A stretch of 61,715 bases of DNA, filler included, from Rhabdomonas costata (taxonomy: Eukaryota): NCBI GenBank assembly GCA_019059605.1. It is 14 parts of 14 records of this genome, joined end to end, with 100 filler letters (N's around TTAATTAATTAA, not from the genome) between each part and the next. Parts side by side here need not be neighbours in the genome. Positions count along the whole stretch, not along the records: positions 17,674 to 21,997 come from JAHMHO010000280.1; positions 22,098 to 26,404 come from JAHMHO010000281.1; positions 26,505 to 30,815 come from JAHMHO010000282.1; positions 30,916 to 35,219 come from JAHMHO010000283.1; 10 more parts are not named here. One strand, given 5' to 3'. The notes beneath the pieces were generated by a model, which was not told where the DNA came from, made no database searches, and was given only the letters and a program-made list of their open reading frames with translations. Below are positions 19,706-32,054 of the stretch, piece after piece. Numbering within the stretch: position 1 is the first letter of the stretch; each line of letters begins with the position of its first letter. The translations under genes and the position numbers were made by a program.

Positions 19706-22473
19706 CCTCGTTAGAACCACAGGTCAGGAGGATTTGGGCAAGAGGTTCTGCTCCGTGCTATTGTTGTGTGCTCTCAAGCGGAAAGAGAACATGGAATAGG
19801 GGAGTCGTCAACCATTCCTTCACTGACGCAAATCACTGACGCTCAGCATTGTAAAAGGCAAAGCTGTTGGTATCGCCAACGTGGTTGAGCTCAAAGGCAT
19901 TGCACTGGGTTCCATTCACTCAGGCATACTGTCTTTCAAGGTTATCAGATGTAGGACTGGATTGGAATGCCGTCAGTGCGCAACTCTCAGATGCGCGTTC
20001 AGTGCATAGTTTCCTGCTGAGGCCTTCACCACGCTCAGTGACAAAGCTTGACCCATTGAATATCGTGAATCTACGAGAGGCAGAGGAGATTGCCCACCTG
20101 TCTCGCTCAGCACCGCAACGGCAACTGTTGGGGTTGCTGAGCGACAGCTCGCGGAGGCGGGATTGGGATTCCGCCGAAGCTCCTGGCTCACGGTGGGCAC
20201 AGCGCTGGGGAACCTCGCAACAACGACAGTGCTGAGCTGCTTGGAGTCAGTGCCGCGTTGTCCGCGCAGGAGAACATCCACCAGAACAAGCACGCCAAAA
20301 AGCGCAACCAGAAGGAAAATGTTGAGACACGTCGGCTCCCCAGGCGTCATTTTGCCAACCGCTGGCTCCTCTCGGCGGTGCTTGTCTTCTGCGCTCGTGG
20401 GTCGGAGGCTTCGGACACTCCAGCACACGTCCCCGCGTGCTTTAATGCATGCCGTGAACAAAGGAGTGACTTTTGGTGCCAGGCGATCTTAGGGTTTAGG
20501 GCCAGGCTTGCGCAGACAGTTCAGAAACATTACCAATTAAAAAGTACACGGAAAGCAAAAAAAAACTGCAGCACGCAGTAGAGACAGAAATTTTTGATTG
20601 ACTCTCGATAGTGATTTGAAAAATGCAATGGAATTATCATTTATTCCACAAAGAAGGCAACATCGCAAACGATATTGCATGACACCAATATGACAACTAC
20701 AAAGACTCATCGGTGCGCATGATTTCTCCAACCGCGTGCACCTCGACTAGAAAATTAACCCGAACCTTGCACATAGAATGTTCAAATCAGCAATCTCGGC
20801 AACATTAGTCTTCGAGAGTACCACCCGACCAATCAGAAGGAAGAAGCAAGGATCACCTGATGGGTCCTGTAACCACTGCAGAACTCGGAAGTGATTTAAA
20901 AGTACAGTGTGCTTCCGTGTTTGTGGCAATGGGACGCACAAGACCACCACCACAACTGATCAAGGAGCCTTTATCGCCCACTCCAACATGAACACGGAAG
21001 AAACATCAAAGGATCCTTCAAGCTCCCAGGGACTGAGTAATAGTGGACACTCACGCACGTGCTGAATCAATGCACTGGGCAAAGTGCTCCGCAAAATCCC
21101 CGCCGAAGAAGCACGTTCACACTTGATCACTGTGGAGGGTTGCAACCTCATCCTCCTTACTGCCAGCTGAAGTTCTTCTGAACCCTGATGCTTTGGTCTG
21201 AACCCTGAGGTATCAGACCGAAGCATCCGGCGGATGAGGCCATTGGTCTAGTCAGGCTCCGGAGTGCTATGAACCGCACATCAGCGCCAGTTCCAGCGGG
21301 GACACAACGACATGAGCTAACTGCAACGTCGTTGGGCATCGGCTGCGCGGCCTGGGGACGCGGATAGAAAGCTGGCTTGGGGTCTCAGCATTTGCCGCTG
21401 TGATTGGCGGGAAGCGCAATGGTCAGGGAAGTGCTGAGGCCATCCTTCGTGACTACCCGTAGGTGAGCTTGGGCGAGGGCGGGGAGAGGACCGATGCGAA
21501 AGCACCCCGGGCCCCACTGCGCGGGCAAGTTCAGGGGAAAGCTGAGGGTAGCTGACGCCTCACCTGAGCACAAGTCATGTACTTAGAAAACCGTTGTTGC
21601 GTGGCACCTTTCCCATGACACGAGAAGCTTCAATGCTTTTGCCAGCACCTATACTTACACTAACTGAAGCTGGGCAAGGCGTGGAGCAACAGCGTTGGCA
21701 AGCATTGATTTTGGTCTCCCTATATCGGCTGAATATTCCGTCATCAAGGAAGTCCAACACAGAAGGCCACAAATGAGCCCCATAAAAGGGATTAAAACCG
21801 AGCAGCGCCAGGCAAGAGCAGGACAGATACCACGGAAGCCAACCTGCTCCACCACCAGCGCAACCGAAGCTTTCCTGCTTACTGCCATGGGGGCGGTCTC
21901 CCACACGCAGCAGCTCAGTCCTCGTCCCAACCCATGAACCCCTCCAGTGCAAATAGATTCAGCTACACACCTGAAAAAACCGCATCCACCAAAACAANNN
22001 NNNNNNNNNNNNNNNNNNNNNNNNNNNNNNNNNNNNNNNNNTTAATTAATTAANNNNNNNNNNNNNNNNNNNNNNNNNNNNNNNNNNNNNNNNNNNNGTT
22101 GGGAAGCACTGTAAGGTTCGCCTAGCCTGGTAGGACAGTTGACACTCCAATGGCGAATTTGCAAACCTCACCTTTGGAGTGTCAACTGTCCTACCAGGCT
22201 AGGCGAACCTTACAGTGCTTCCCAACATGATTCTAAACATTCCGTGGGCCTTTATCTTATTGCTGAGCAGCGCCCTCCAAGTTCCAGCACACCGTCCAAG
22301 TTCCAGTGCCTGCAGGCGCCAATCTCAAATTTTCGGTAACAATCCGGGATTAATCCGGTAAGGTGCAAGCGGGCGGCGAAGCCTCCCTCGACTTGCTCAG
22401 CCACCTTCAGCCACCCTAATCTCTCCCTCCCTCACTCTTGGATATTTTCTGGTTTTTAACTCCCATTAAGAGC

Positions 22474-25400
22474 TACTCGTTGCCCCCAAAAAGCTGCTGC
22501 TCGTGCATTCGCGCCGCCATGGTTCTTAATTTTGCCTTTTTCGGCGACGTGCAGCTGACTGGGATTCTGACTCTCATGAAATAGTGCGTGTTTGTATGTG
22601 AGTGTGTGGGGTTAACCGGGTCAGGTTCGCGTGCGTTTATAAAGCGGTGATTTATCATTTTCGTGTTTTGTTCTTGGGATTTGAAGACAAGTTTTTGCAG
22701 ATGGTCAAGTGGCCATACACGTGTCCCCAAGGATTCCAGCAGATGGAGATTATTCCGGATATCTTGGGCCCAAGATCCCAGAAATTTAACGCTGGGCTAC
22801 TATTTTAGGGCTTTATATGGGTGCCCCACCCCCAACTACTACACAAAACCACAAAACCCGAGAGACTTTGGCTGATGACAGCTATATTAGGTGGTAGGCA
22901 CAGTGACTCGATGCATTGGTGGGGTGCCAGATTGGGGGAACCTGAAGGAATGAACGGAGCGGGGGGTGCCCATGCTGTACTGCAAGTGGGCCTGCAGGGG
23001 GGCCCGGTCGGGCTGTTGGGCCTCCAGGATTGCACGTAGGGCCTTGCCCCGGCTCGCCGGCCGCCGGGGCATCTGGCTGCGGAGCAGGATGGGCATGGTG
23101 TCCTGCAAGCGCAAGAGGGGCCGCGTAGTGAACAGAAGGGAAAAGTTGTAAAGCAAAAAGGTTGCTCCAAGGGAACACTGAGTACGGGGACGAGGCGATA
23201 AAACTGCCAAAAGGGGAGAGGAGAGGGTCCAGCGCCCGCCCACCCCCCAGCGACCCACTTGAATGTATGGGTAGTTTCAGGTAGACAGACCAGAATGGGG
23301 GAGTTGTGGACGAGAGCGAAGCCCTTGTACAGGAAGGTCTGGTTGGTGTGGCAGCTCACTCCGGTGCCGGCGGGCTGCGGTGACCCACCTCCCACGGCGC
23401 CTTCTGGGGTCATCAGCACAGCGCTGCCCTGGGACCTCCCCAGCACGCACCGCTGCGCGTCCGCCTCCTTTGGAAAAAGGGGAACGCACCCAGTGAGAAA
23501 ATATAAAACAAACCGGAACAAAATGATCAGAGGGGCCGCTGTAGTTTCCTGGAGGGCGGGTAAAGGTTCAGGATTTAGAGTACATTTGAAATATGTCGGG
23601 GTAGGGTACATTACCAAACCTCATTTTCTCGACTGCTTCCTGATGCCGACCTCAGTAAACCCGAGTAAGGCCAGCGCCCTAAAAAAAGGCTCGAAACTTT
23701 TAGCAGTTCTCAGGGTTAAACATGCCCTCCCCCTCCTAAAAAAAACAACCGCTCAGAAGGAGTCAAAAAGACTCCATTAAAAATGTCAATCAATAATAGC
23801 AAAGGTAAAAGCCAAAATGCCCAGATGCCACCGAAATCGAGCCATACTCACTGGACTTGGGAACAATTGCGCCTGCACTGGGAGGGAGTCTGCACCTCTT
23901 GTGATGGCCCTCACTATGGAATCTATGAGCTGGCACTCCAAAACATCGAACGAACCTGAAGGAGGACGTTGAACTCCTGCACGATCCTCTCCATGGTGGC
24001 GTTTTGGGCGACCATCGAAGTCACTGCCTTCTCCGTGTGCCGCTGGAGCAGCTTCACGTCCACCACAGCGCTGGTAGGAAAAAAAACAACCCACATCAAG
24101 AAACACCCGCCCACACTGAGTTGAGTGTAGAGGGTAAACACTTGTACCGATACTGTCAGGCGACCGAAATCGGATCGAATCTTTCTCAGGGATATTACGC
24201 TGGTCTCGAGTAGGCGGTCGGTTGAAGGCAACGCTCGCCCCAACCCCAACCACGTCATCCCCTCTGGAACATGGTGGCCAGCAGGTGCTTCTGGTTGGAC
24301 ATAAGTTAGTGGACGACGTCAGTCACCTCGGCGTGCTTAAATAACCGAAGTCTCGTTTCGTAGCGAAATGGTCACAGGGCCCGCCCTCACATAACAACAC
24401 ACCAGCATTGATACTCATCACCCCTTGCTCCCGAGACGGCCCCTCCCTCCGACGGTACCGGCTCACGTGCCAGCACCTCGCACTGCCCCATCATGACCTA
24501 CCATTTATCCCACTTGCACCACCATTGAACCACCACTTACCACTGCGTGCCAGCTTCCTCTGCAGCTCTGGCATGTGGGTGAACGATGAAACCCTTCCAC
24601 CCGGAGACACCTTCTGGAGCACTACCTGGGCGTCTATTTCGAAGTGCACGCATAAACATGCCACTGCCCAAAGGCTTGTGGGGTTAATACAAGATGAATA
24701 AAGATTCTAAAAATCCGAAGCCAACGTTTGGCTACCAACATCTGCGACATATCCCTCCCCCTTTGAGGGGACATATCACACAGGCGAGTGGCGAGAGTCC
24801 TTTTGCATGTCAGCATGTCCCCACCAAAGATTAACTCGGTAAGACCATTTTCCAAAGTCAACCCTCGGCAATCCTGGTAATTTCTTGCTATGAGCGGACG
24901 TATCCCTTGCTCTTTCCAAGCAACCTAGCATTCACTCGAGTGAAAAAGCGTCTGTCCCTAAGTCAGTCCTTCCCATGGGTGGGATGGGGTAGGTGGACTC
25001 TCACACTCCCTCTCCCTCACCTGTGGGCAACCACAGTTGAGCTGCGGCGACGTCGAACAAGTTCAGCGGCCAGATAGCTGCCTGGCAAGCCCGACGCGAC
25101 AAGCTCCCGCTCCTTTGGAAGGCACAACCATTCGAAGAGAGAGAAGGTGGAGTGAAGGAGAGAGATGGAGACGATCGCTGCTGACCATCAAGTGTTTCTG
25201 CGGGTTTAGCGCCCTTGCAGTGGCGTTCACCTTTCTCCCTCGAAGAAAAAAGAATCAAAAACAACGCTCTTCAGAGCTAATCAGGGTACAGGGCAGCCAC
25301 ACCACCATAAGCTCTCAAACAAAGGTAAAAAGTAACACAATCTGGGCTCTCGGCTTAAGCGGAATTTATTGGAAATGCCCTCGTGTGCACTGATACGTGC

Positions 25401-25790
25401 ATGAATAGGTGTGCAGGGGTATTGCCCACCTCAATCAAGAAACGTCGGGGTGCAGGCGCTTAAATAACAAATTGAACGTACTGCACTCGTGGAAGAGTGA
25501 GTCGGCTTTAATTTAGTGCAATGGTCAGCGCTACGGCTGGCAGTAACGCACTGCGGGCTCCCAGAATCGGACGATGGATGGTAGCGGTGCTACACTTTGG
25601 GTAGTGTCGAATAATAAACGAAGGGGAAATTTCACCTCAGCGGTGGGGTACGAAGGCTCTTGCACCACAGCTCTTGGCTGCTGCTGCGCGTCATAGTCCA
25701 GAAGGAGCTCCTCCGCGGTTAGCGACGCGGCCCCAGGCAGCTCTTCCGCCCCGGCCGCGGCTGGCGCAGCCGGCGGGGAGGAAGATGTGC
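22474..25790 (-). CDS. Multi-exon hypothetical protein, partial
   Basis: A chain of GC-rich exons with canonical borders: ~25636-25780 (ELLLDYDAQQQ), ~25021-25112, ~24541-24634, ~23956-24070 (AVVDVKLLQRHTEKAV), ~23292-23467 and ~22970-23102. Confidence 0.55.
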
Positions 25791-27701
25791 GGGAAGGTTC
25801 GGGTACAGTGAGAGGCTATGACAACGACGAAGGCGCCGGCAAAAACAGAAGCATGCAGACAGATAACACAACTGTCGCTCGCTCCCAACACAACTGCGAG
25901 AGAGAAGGTTCATACTCAGTGAGGGAAGAGGGCAAGAAACACAGCAATCAGCAAGACATCAACGAATGTTATGCACAGTTTATCGTGCCTCAAAAAAATA
26001 GCAAACTCATTAACGTAGTGGCATTTAGATGCAAACAATGGCTTGCATAATAAAAAAACCACACTGAAATAGATTCACCGCATGCATACATACAGATGAG
26101 TATCATGCATACAGGGAGAGAGATACCGAGTCCCAAAAGGAGCCATGGGCGTACGCTAGGCAGAACGGGCGTTGAACGCAGCGAGGGATGGAGTGTCCCA
26201 GCAGCAGCGAATAGAACAGCCAATGCTAAACACAAAACCGAACGAGAGCAGAGACAGAATGCTTCGAAGCAGCACGCGGCAGAGTTCACACCTTGACCTC
26301 GGAGAGGGCAGATTCAGCAGAGTGACTAGGGCTGCCTCGGTGCGGGGCTTCCACCTCGTCAGCTGACCTGTGCCAGCAGTGGCGAGACATTAGTACCCAA
26401 CACCNNNNNNNNNNNNNNNNNNNNNNNNNNNNNNNNNNNNNNNNNNNNTTAATTAATTAANNNNNNNNNNNNNNNNNNNNNNNNNNNNNNNNNNNNNNNN
26501 NNNNGGGTTGGTGGAGGGTCCCTCGGCAGGCAGGCGAGACCCTGAACAGGTTGCGGACACGGGGGACTCCCATCCTTCGGCTGGAAGGGGAACCCGGTAA
26601 GTGTGTCGGGGCATTCCCTTCGAGGAGAAAGATTTCGAGGAGCAAAATACAATAAGCTCTGTAGCAAGGGCCAACCAATGGAGTGCATGAGGGCGGAGTA
26701 CTAAAAGTGAAAGGCAACAAGAGCTGCCTTTCCTCAAGTGGTTCGTATATAAGACAAGAACACTTGAACAACCCTCTAGGCTCTATGGTGAGCAGCACGG
26801 TTCTCCTAGTTAAATGATCTGCCTAAACAAACTTTTCTTTAATTCTTTGTCTGAGGAAACGCCCTGCTTTTTGTGGTGGGTGAGAGGGAGAGGAATGCGG
26901 CAAAGAGAGTGCCGCAGAGGTTTCTATCTGTAGACCTGCGTGTGCGTGCTTCAGCTTTGCCCTGCGGCTTGGTGTCTGCTTTACCGGAAACAGCTGCTAC
27001 TGCTAGAATACACCAGTGCATAAACGCAGCACGGGCTGCAGTCTCTGTTAGCCCCCCTGGGCAGCTTCTCAGCCTCTGGACGGCGACTCTACCCCTAGTC
27101 TAAAGCTGTCGCACGTCGGCACGGCTCCAGGAGAAGAGGTGCTACGAAAAGAGGGGCTGGCAGGAACCGCGCAACGGATTCCAGAGAAACGCGTGCAAAG
27201 GTTTCCGTCCATAGTCCAATTGACAAAATTGACAAAGAAGTTCAGACGAGGGGACAAAGCCCAGAAACGTCCTCCTGTCTGTTGGGAGCTTCCACAGTTT
27301 CCCAGTTATAGACCAGCACCCTGAAAACAGCGCCTGCGACAGACTGAGTGTAGCCTGGATGCGGAAATGTTCTGAAATGCCTTTCGGATACGTCGCTTGA
27401 GCTCCACCAATGATCGAACGGGTTATCGATACACTTCTCGTCCTTCATCAGGTGTTCTAGTGGGAATTGCAGGCTCCTTCCAGTTGCAGAAACGAAAGAG
27501 AATGTGTGTGTGTGTGTGTGTTGGGTGCATAGCCCGCTGACTGCTGTTTGACTGGCTATTGCCCTCAGTACTTTCTCTTACGGAGCTGGACAGTTCTTTA
27601 CTGGGGGCTCATTTGGTGGGACGGGCCTCGGACTCCTTCTCCACGCCGAGATATGGCACCATTTAAGATCCCATTTTGGCCCTTTTAAGGCATTTCGACT
27701 T

Positions 27702-27897
27702 CTCAAGGGCCTGGATGCACTTTTCGGACATTTGCAGGCCTGCATATTGCCCCTGAGCTTTCGGCCGGGCCTGCTCAGCATACCTAAGGGAGCACCCAGG
27801 AGTGCTTCATGCTGGCACCGTGCTAGGCTGGAATTCTTTTGCATAGGCCCATTTTGGTACGTTTCTGAGCCCTCTTATTTCCTTACGCAGGCTTGGA
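27702..27897 (+). repeat. Dispersed repeat family B, partial copy
   Basis: Matches the reverse complement of ~56845-57062 (caagggcctgg.tgcacttttcggac, gctttcggccgggcctgct.agcatacctaaggg, cccaggagtgcttcatgctggcac). Confidence 0.85.
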
Positions 27898-28879
27898 ATG
27901 GTTTATTTTGGACCTTTGCTGGAGTATTACTATACTAAGCCTTTGCTTTCGGTCTTAGCATAGAGCCCAGGTGCGGACTGACCTCCTTGCTTGTTTCAAA
28001 AGAGAGGCGCAGCATCGGCGCAGCGGGGTTGTGAAGGCACGCGTTCCTTTTTGGCGTGGTGTTGAGCCCAAGAATTCCTACCCCGCACAAGACTCACAAA
28101 ATACTGTGCGGTATCACGCAGTACTGCAATGAGAACGCTTCTGTTACTGCTCACTCCTGTTTCTGTGCCTGGAGGTACTATTTATCAGCGTTGAGGTCCT
28201 GGGCTTCCTGCAGCTGGAGTTCTGTACCCATCCTTCAATTACTGGGGGCCACCAGCGCGCCACTCATTCTTCTTTCCTCTTTGCGTTCTTCTTCCACTTC
28301 CGCTCCGTATCAGTTCTCCGTTCCTCTTCCACTCCGCATCATCGCAATAAAGCGGAGTACAAGAACATCACCAATCTCCGTCACCTAAAAGCAGTCCTGG
28401 GTTGGAGCCCTCAACCGTTTCCGCAAACGAAACTCCTACCTTAAACTTCTTCCAAAAGGCGATGATGCCTGAGTGGAAGACTTTGGATGGGAGGAACTTA
28501 GAACCTACTGTGTCGGATCTGCTCTCCCTGCATGCGTGTGAAATTCACGCGATGCCTCATACATTCATGCTTGCATGTAGATACAAGGCACCTCCTTTCG
28601 CCTGTCTTTTTGTGAACCTCTTCTACTCCATCAACTCAGCACCTCGCCATAAATCTCTTTGGCTTTCTTTTCCGCTTCGAAAAGAATGTCTCACCACTCT
28701 CGAGTACATCTTGAAGTCGAAGGATGGGAGTCCCACAGATATGCAACTATTTCAAGGTCGCACCTGCATGCCGGAGGACCGAGCACGCTTGAGCCCTCTA
28801 CCAGCCCAGCGTCACCTGAGCATTGGTATGTAAATATTCCCAGTCTCGCGTCTTTCCCGTCCCCCAAGCGCCCGAGTCG

Positions 28880-29031
28880 ATTTAAGGGGGCCATTTTGGG
28901 TGTTTTGGGCCCTTTTTGCCTTTACACAGGCTTGGAAGGCGCTCGCTTTACCTTGAACTTGGGTTTTGATGAGAGAAAGAAACTGTAGGCTGACACACCG
29001 TCCGGCCACATGCACGGCGGTGTGCCAGCAC
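28880..29031 (+). repeat. Dispersed repeat family B, partial copy
   Basis: Matches the reverse complement of ~56740-56895 (ggccattttggg, ttacacaggcttg, gagaaaga, taggctg.cacac.gtccg, tgccagca). Confidence 0.8.
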
Positions 29032-30915
29032 TTATTTACCTGGTTGTTGGTAACCGCTGAGAATGTCTGTGTGTATGTGTGTTGAGAAAATAGTCCGTTC
29101 GCTGACGCGAGCCAGAAATGAAACGTGGCATAAAGGTGAGGGTGAAAAAGACCAAAGTGGCGGATGGTGGTGGGTTCTGTGTTTTGCATTGTATCACAGT
29201 AACGCTCGTTTTCTTCAACACAAACCACTAACAATTATGCAACCCAATTCCTGAAACATAGAACCTTGGATTAGGTACAGAAAAACAACAGCAAAAAAGC
29301 ATATGGTAAAATTTCGTTGTACACACTGCAGCATATCCTGTTCACTCGTAAAAAAGAGCATTTCATCCCAGACCCGCTTCTTTAAACAAATGTGTCTACA
29401 CGCGGTATTTCTGGCAGATTAACCGGCATTCAGTCAAGCAACTGCAGTGCACAAAAACATTCGGCTGACCACCGGCCGCTATTGCAGCGCAGACCACTGG
29501 GCGTTCGCGAACGCGTCGACATTCTCCACTGCAGGGACTGCAGGGAGTCCGCAAGTTTGACAAAAGCTGAACGCAAGCTTGCACTGGGAAAAGGTGATGT
29601 GTGATTGACAGAGCAATAGATGGACGCCTTACTTTCCCAAGAAACGCCAGCGCATACAATCCTAAAGCACAGAAGATAAAAAAGGGTTTACGACGCCATG
29701 ACGACATCACAAATGATGCTTATCAAGGAAGACCCCATCACAGACGGCATCCAAGCCAAAAGCACCAACCACGGTTCGAGAACAGCTTGGACAATAGCAC
29801 GTACCGATCCACACCTGATCAAAATCTGAACGAGTAGTGTGAGGCCAATCGCGCATTCCCATTCATTCCATCCCCAGGAAGTCAGGGTTCTTTGTCATTG
29901 GTTTAAATCACAGCAGTCCTTTTATGAAAAAGACAGAGAGAATACCACAAACTCTAACTTCACCACTGCTGCAGAGTACGCAAGTGCAGGTCAACGAATT
30001 AACAACACTGACGTTGAAAAAAAAGACCAAGAGTGCCATGCCATGCCAACGGCGAAGGCTCTCCGTGTATATCTATCTGTGTGTATCTGTGTCTTCTGGC
30101 ATGACATCGCGCCTTTTTTTTTTGCCACATCCAGTCACTAGTCTTACGCGTGTGGGGAAAATGGCCAAAATGAGCCGTCCCTTCCTTGCCTCCTCCGGCA
30201 CATGCCAACGCACACACACATCCACACACCACAGCGGCCCAGGAGGAAGGCCTGCTGCACAAAGACAAGGGCTTCACAATTGCGCATTTTTCACAACATA
30301 CCTGTTCTGCGGTGCAGAGACTTGCACGGAAAATGACCACCACAGCGGAAAATGAGGGGTGCGGAGGAGAAGAGCTGGCTACCCAGCGCAGAAAGAGAGA
30401 TACAGATACAACACACGGCACAAGTAGAAGCGCACTAGTTTGAGCAGGATCCCCATACTGACTGTAGATAAGCGAAGAGGGACAGACACGCAGAGCTCTG
30501 TTCAGGACATACGTTCTTGCGAAACTCATCAACTACAACCCCAGTTCAGCAGACACCTATATATCCACCATGGCAACCCTGCTGCACCGTAACCCCGCGA
30601 GAGGTTACGTGGAGAGTATTCCAATCGAGGTTTGACTCGGTGGTGGGAAAGGGAAGAAAACAAACAAAAAATATTACATTTCCCTCCTAGAAAAATCTAC
30701 AACAACTGGCTCACTTAGTCGAAACCCGCACAACCCTCCGGAGGATTTGAAGCCTCCAGAAGCCTCTGAAGCATCTGGAACATCGCCGCAGTGTCGATCG
30801 GCTTGCCCACCAACCNNNNNNNNNNNNNNNNNNNNNNNNNNNNNNNNNNNNNNNNNNNNTTAATTAATTAANNNNNNNNNNNNNNNNNNNNNNNNNNNNN
30901 NNNNNNNNNNNNNNN

Positions 30916-31590
30916 TGTGGGGGTTTTGGTAGAGACAGGGTGCATTGTGTGGTCGGGGATGTCTCCAGGCGTGAAGAGGCAGACAGGGTGATTGCCGAGG
31001 TGCTGGGGAAGTTTGGGCGGCTGGATATCCTTGTGAACAACGCTGGGGTTGAGGGGGAGCTCGGGCCGGTCGCTGCCCTGACCGATGATGCTCTCAGGCG
31101 CGTTTTTGAGGTGAACGTGTACAGTCAGTTCTATCTCTGCAGGGCGGCGTTGCCCCACTTCGTGGCGCGGTTTGCGAAGGACCGGCCGGAACTCACCGGG
31201 AGCATCGTTGTGGTGTCCAGCGTGGCGGGGAAGGAAGGGATGCCCGGGATGGGTGCCTACTGTGCCACCAACTGGGCCCGGCTGGGACTAATGAAGACCC
31301 TCGCCGTGGAGCTTGCGGGGATCCATGTCACCGTGAACGCGCTTTGCCCGGGGTCAGTTCGGACGCCCATGCTGGAGCGTTTCCTGGGGAAGGCCACTGG
31401 TAGTGGTGGGAGTGGGGTGGACCAGGGGGAGCTGTTTCGGTCCTTGGTGGAGACCTGGATTCCAATGAAGCGGGTGCAGAGTGTGGAGGATATGGGCCAG
31501 GCCGTGGTGTTCATGACCTCAATGCCGAACTTCACAGGGCAGGAAGTGGTGGTGGACGGGGGCCATTTGGCAACTTGCATCCCCAAGTGA
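30916..31590 (+). CDS. Classical short-chain dehydrogenase/reductase (SDR), 5' truncated, intronless over the visible part
   Basis: GDVS, GRLDILVNNAGV, GSIVVVSSVAG, YCATN (YxxxK position), VTVNALCPGSVRTPM, TGQEVVVDGG; stop TGA at 31588-31590. Confidence 0.93.
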   Translation, partial: CGGFGRDRVHCVVGDVSRREEADRVIAEVLGKFGRLDILVNNAGVEGELGPVAALTDDALRRVFEVNVYSQFYLCRAALPHFVARFAKDRPELTGSIVVVSSVAGKEGMPGMGAYCATNWARLGLMKTLAVELAGIHVTVNALCPGSVRTPMLERFLGKATGSGGSGVDQGELFRSLVETWIPMKRVQSVEDMGQAVVFMTSMPNFTGQEVVVDGGHLATCIPK

Positions 31591-32054
31591 AAGGACAAAC
31601 CATGGCGTTGGACACCAACTTTTTTCTGGGGGAAACAAGCCGAATTATCACTGAGGTTAGCACGGTCGAGGTCTCACCAAGCAGCTGAAACCGTCGTGTG
31701 CTTGGGGCAACTGGACAGATCTTAGTCCAGTTGGTAGTGCTGGGTCTCTGTGTCAAAAGGTGCTCCCCAAAAGCTCCCATATATAGGATGGTAACACGCG
31801 GTCGGATTGTTCCCTTGAGCTCAAACCTGTCAAAGACCTACATTCGTAATTTTTCAGCGGTCAATAAATGGAAATTTTTAATAAGGGCCCACTGATGTCA
31901 TCCGCCTGAAGATGTCATCCGCCTCCTTTCACCGCCTGTGTCTCTCTTTGGTCAGATTGTTCTTTGTTCCCTAATCTAGCGATCTTCTGTGGTCTTGCTA
32001 ATCTTTATTCCACCTCCGTCCGTACCCCGTACATCCTCCGTCACCCTATAAAAA

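Noticed and set aside
19860..21950. Long coding-looking stretch on contig 5 as a decayed retroelement
   Set aside because: No RT, endonuclease, integrase or transposase motif could be recognised in any frame.
22098..22226. Perfect 53-bp hairpin as a pre-miRNA, hairpin telomere or fold-back transposon
   Set aside because: It starts exactly at the contig end like three other fold-backs, two of which copy exon sequence. It is most likely an amplification chimera.
26505..30815. Protein-coding gene on contig 7
   Set aside because: The exon-like patches could not be joined into a consistent frame or recognised family, so the contig was left unannotated apart from repeats.
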